DNA from: Xylographa opegraphella
Lineage: Eukaryota
DNA length: 64,000 nucleotides
Direction: 5' to 3'
Assembly (NCBI GenBank): GCA_022813865.1
Contig: JALDZX010000012.1
Location: forward strand, 248,001 to 312,000
The translations under genes were made by a program, and so were the position numbers. The notes beneath the pieces were generated by a model, which was given only the letters and a program-made list of their open reading frames with translations, ran no database searches and was not told the origin of the DNA. This document shows positions 61,611-64,000 of this stretch, one piece after another; within the stretch, counting starts at the first letter, position 1, and the number at the start of each line of letters is the position of its first letter.

Positions 61611-63163
61611 GTGCACAATGAAAAGTTTCGCATCAGCGTTTCGTACCTCATGCATTTTTGGCGCAGAAAAGTTTCATGATATATAGGAAAATTTGAACGG
61701 CGACTGGTCTCACGATGGCCGAACTCTATATAGAGCATATATAACAGAGTCTTCAGAACGTTGTAGTGTTCGAAGAGGACTTTTGATCCGAGGTGCCCAA
61801 GATCCTATCCTCAAGTGCACTTATTGTCATCCTTCGGGCCCAGATCTATAGAACTGGAGTCGCCCTTCCATCCTTACAGAACCTCGTCATCAAACTCGTC
61901 TATCACGTTCACAATCTTACCTCCCCCATAAGGTCTTCCTACCGTTGCCCTATATCATTTCGTCAAGCAATCCAATCACAGGAAATTCATGCACTGGCTC
62001 ACACATACACGTGCCGGCGTCCCTTCCAGGCGCACAGAACATGCGACCCCACCCACGCGGCGCAAAGCTGACCAACTGCTTCTGCGATGCGGTCCCCGCC
62101 TCCAATGGCACCAGTGGCACTCGAACCGCTGGGCCATTGCATTGGTTCAATGTCTTGCTTGCGCTGTCCAAGTATAGGAGGATGGAGAACAAGGAGAAGA
62201 GAGATAACTTGCAGGGAGAGCGGGGAGAGATGCATGTTGAAAACATCAGGAATGGAACCAGCCAGATTATATCCAGGGCTGCGCCTGTGAGTCGGAGAGT
62301 CTGGTCTATGGAGCGAAAAGAACGATCTGTCGGGGAGACTGGGAAGGTAGTCATGTATGAGAATAATGGAGGGAGGATATAACAGTTTTGGCATGTTTGC
62401 TATTGTCAATGGAGAAGTATGTAAGAAAGACGTTTCTTGTGCGGATATCATCAACTTCAGCGGCGCCATGGGTTATGTGCCATCCACGACTTCTATCAGT
62501 ATTAAAACGTTTGAAGATTTCAGCTCTGAATATGGTGAGAATCGGACTTAACGTGTGACCCATCGAAGCGCGGTAGGAATCCGATAGAAAGCAGGGAAAC
62601 AGATTTGGGACGGCTGATATTTGCTAATCTTGAGGAAAGCAATTGTAGGCTGGAGCTTGCGGCAGTCACGTACTACATGCATCAGTGCTCCCTGTTGCCG
62701 ATGTACTGCTGCTCGTTAATTTTGTTCACCGAACTCTTCATCATTTCTTTTCGGGGACAATTACGTATAGCAGTGGGTGCGTAGCACATCATGAAGAAGG
62801 TAAATCAGCGATGTTCAACTTTACGGTCGAGCCACATGCTCCCGAAAGCCACGTAACGCGAAGGCAATGCGTGTTACAGTAATGAAGTTTGGCAGCATGT
62901 TTGGAGATTGTATTCGTGTACGGAGTAAGTTGATTACTTATCTCCTCTAGGACCTAGATATCTAGATGACTGCAGGGATTTTGGACCTCGGCATTTCTCA
63001 TCCTCAAGCACTGGCAAAGTGCCAGGGCTCATCCTCTCAGTCCTCTTCTCTATCTCCTTACCTTTGGGATTAATTGACTACAGAATGCTCTCCATTCCAC
63101 CATTTCGACCTTTTCGCCGACAAATTGGCTAGAAATACCGCGAAGAACCTCTCCACATCCACA

Positions 63164-64000
63164 ATGCCCCTCGCAACCCTAATCAAGCCTCCGCCAATCG
63201 ACCCGACCAAGTCTCCCATTGAGAATGTCCTCGACCTGACTACATTGGCGGACATCGGGCCTGTGAGCTATTCCCTCGCGCCCCTCCGTATGCTCCACTT
63301 ATTTAGGGTGAGCTTCCTTACTGACTCCATTCAGGATATCTACACCAATACCCGCCCGCTCTGGCACCCCCCTGGCGCTCGCGGTATCTATGGCGGCGCC
63401 GCCATAGCACAGTCCCTCGCTGCTGCCCAGAAGACTATTCCGCCACCTTCGCCGTCCAACAACCATGCGGTGTTCCTCATCCATAGCATGCATTGCTACT
63501 TCGTGCTGGCCGGTGATGCCAGTATCCCCATTATCTACCACGTGGAGCGTGTGCGTGAGGGCAAGAGCTTCATGACACGTACTGTGCAGGCACGGCAGCG
63601 TGGCAAATGTATCTTCACAACGACAATGAGTTTCGTGCGGGAAGGCAGCGGAGGGACAAAGACGGTAGACCACGGATGGGAGATGCCGGAGGGGGTTCGG
63701 GAAGAGCTGGAGAGGGGTGCGGAGACGGAGAACGAAAGGGTCAAGCTCGAGAAGGCGGCAAATGGAGAAGAGGAGTTTGGAGCATTTGAAAGTCGAAGGC
63801 TTGGGATCACGAATAGTAAGTGAAACATGACGCGGGCGGTACACTGCAGCTTGCCTGCTGCAGGATGTCGAGACTTCGAAGCATTCGTCCGTGTCTCGAT
63901 TTGCAATGCTAAATCCTGCACTCATTAGATGATTCCGCACACCCTCACACCAAACGCACCCGTCAATGGTGCCGTGCTCGCGGCCGAATCTCCCCCTCCT
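63164..64000 (+). CDS. TES1: Acyl-CoA thioesterase II (TesB/Tes1 family), partial at window end
   Basis: NTRPLWHPPGARGIYGGAAIAQ, HSMHCYFVLAGD, VERVREGKSFMTRTVQARQ; intron 63263-63334; continues past 64000. Confidence 0.92.

Noticed and set aside
61800..62563. Minus-strand ORFs with a possible intron at about 61953-62010
   Set aside because: The spliced product ends quickly and matches no family I recognise.

Overview
Gene-dense 64 kb of a filamentous ascomycete (Pezizomycotina) nuclear genome, judged from short GT-AG introns with CTRAY branch points and typical fungal proteins. It holds about 24 intron-containing or single-exon genes, mostly housekeeping: IPI1, roadblock, WBP11-like, SUB2, RPR2, SEN1, MRS2, LAS17, RAD1/XPF, eIF1A, CHS5, RID-type DNA methyltransferase, ADE4, an HhH-GPD glycosylase, LEU4 and TES1 (partial). 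I saw no rRNA, tRNA, CRISPR or recognisable transposon. Three observations stand out. (1) A 155-aa basic protein (41810-42277) aligns by eye with bacterial RNase P protein RnpA and is a candidate mitochondrial RNase P protein. (2) A HeLo-like N-terminal domain is fused to a G-alpha domain with GTPase-impairing substitutions (27514-29528), is disrupted in this assembly, and sits head-to-head with a Cys-repeat single-pass membrane protein. (3) The 488-nt SUB2 intron is closed by a 14-bp perfect long-range stem and contains nested hairpins. Splice models and family calls were made by eye without database searches.
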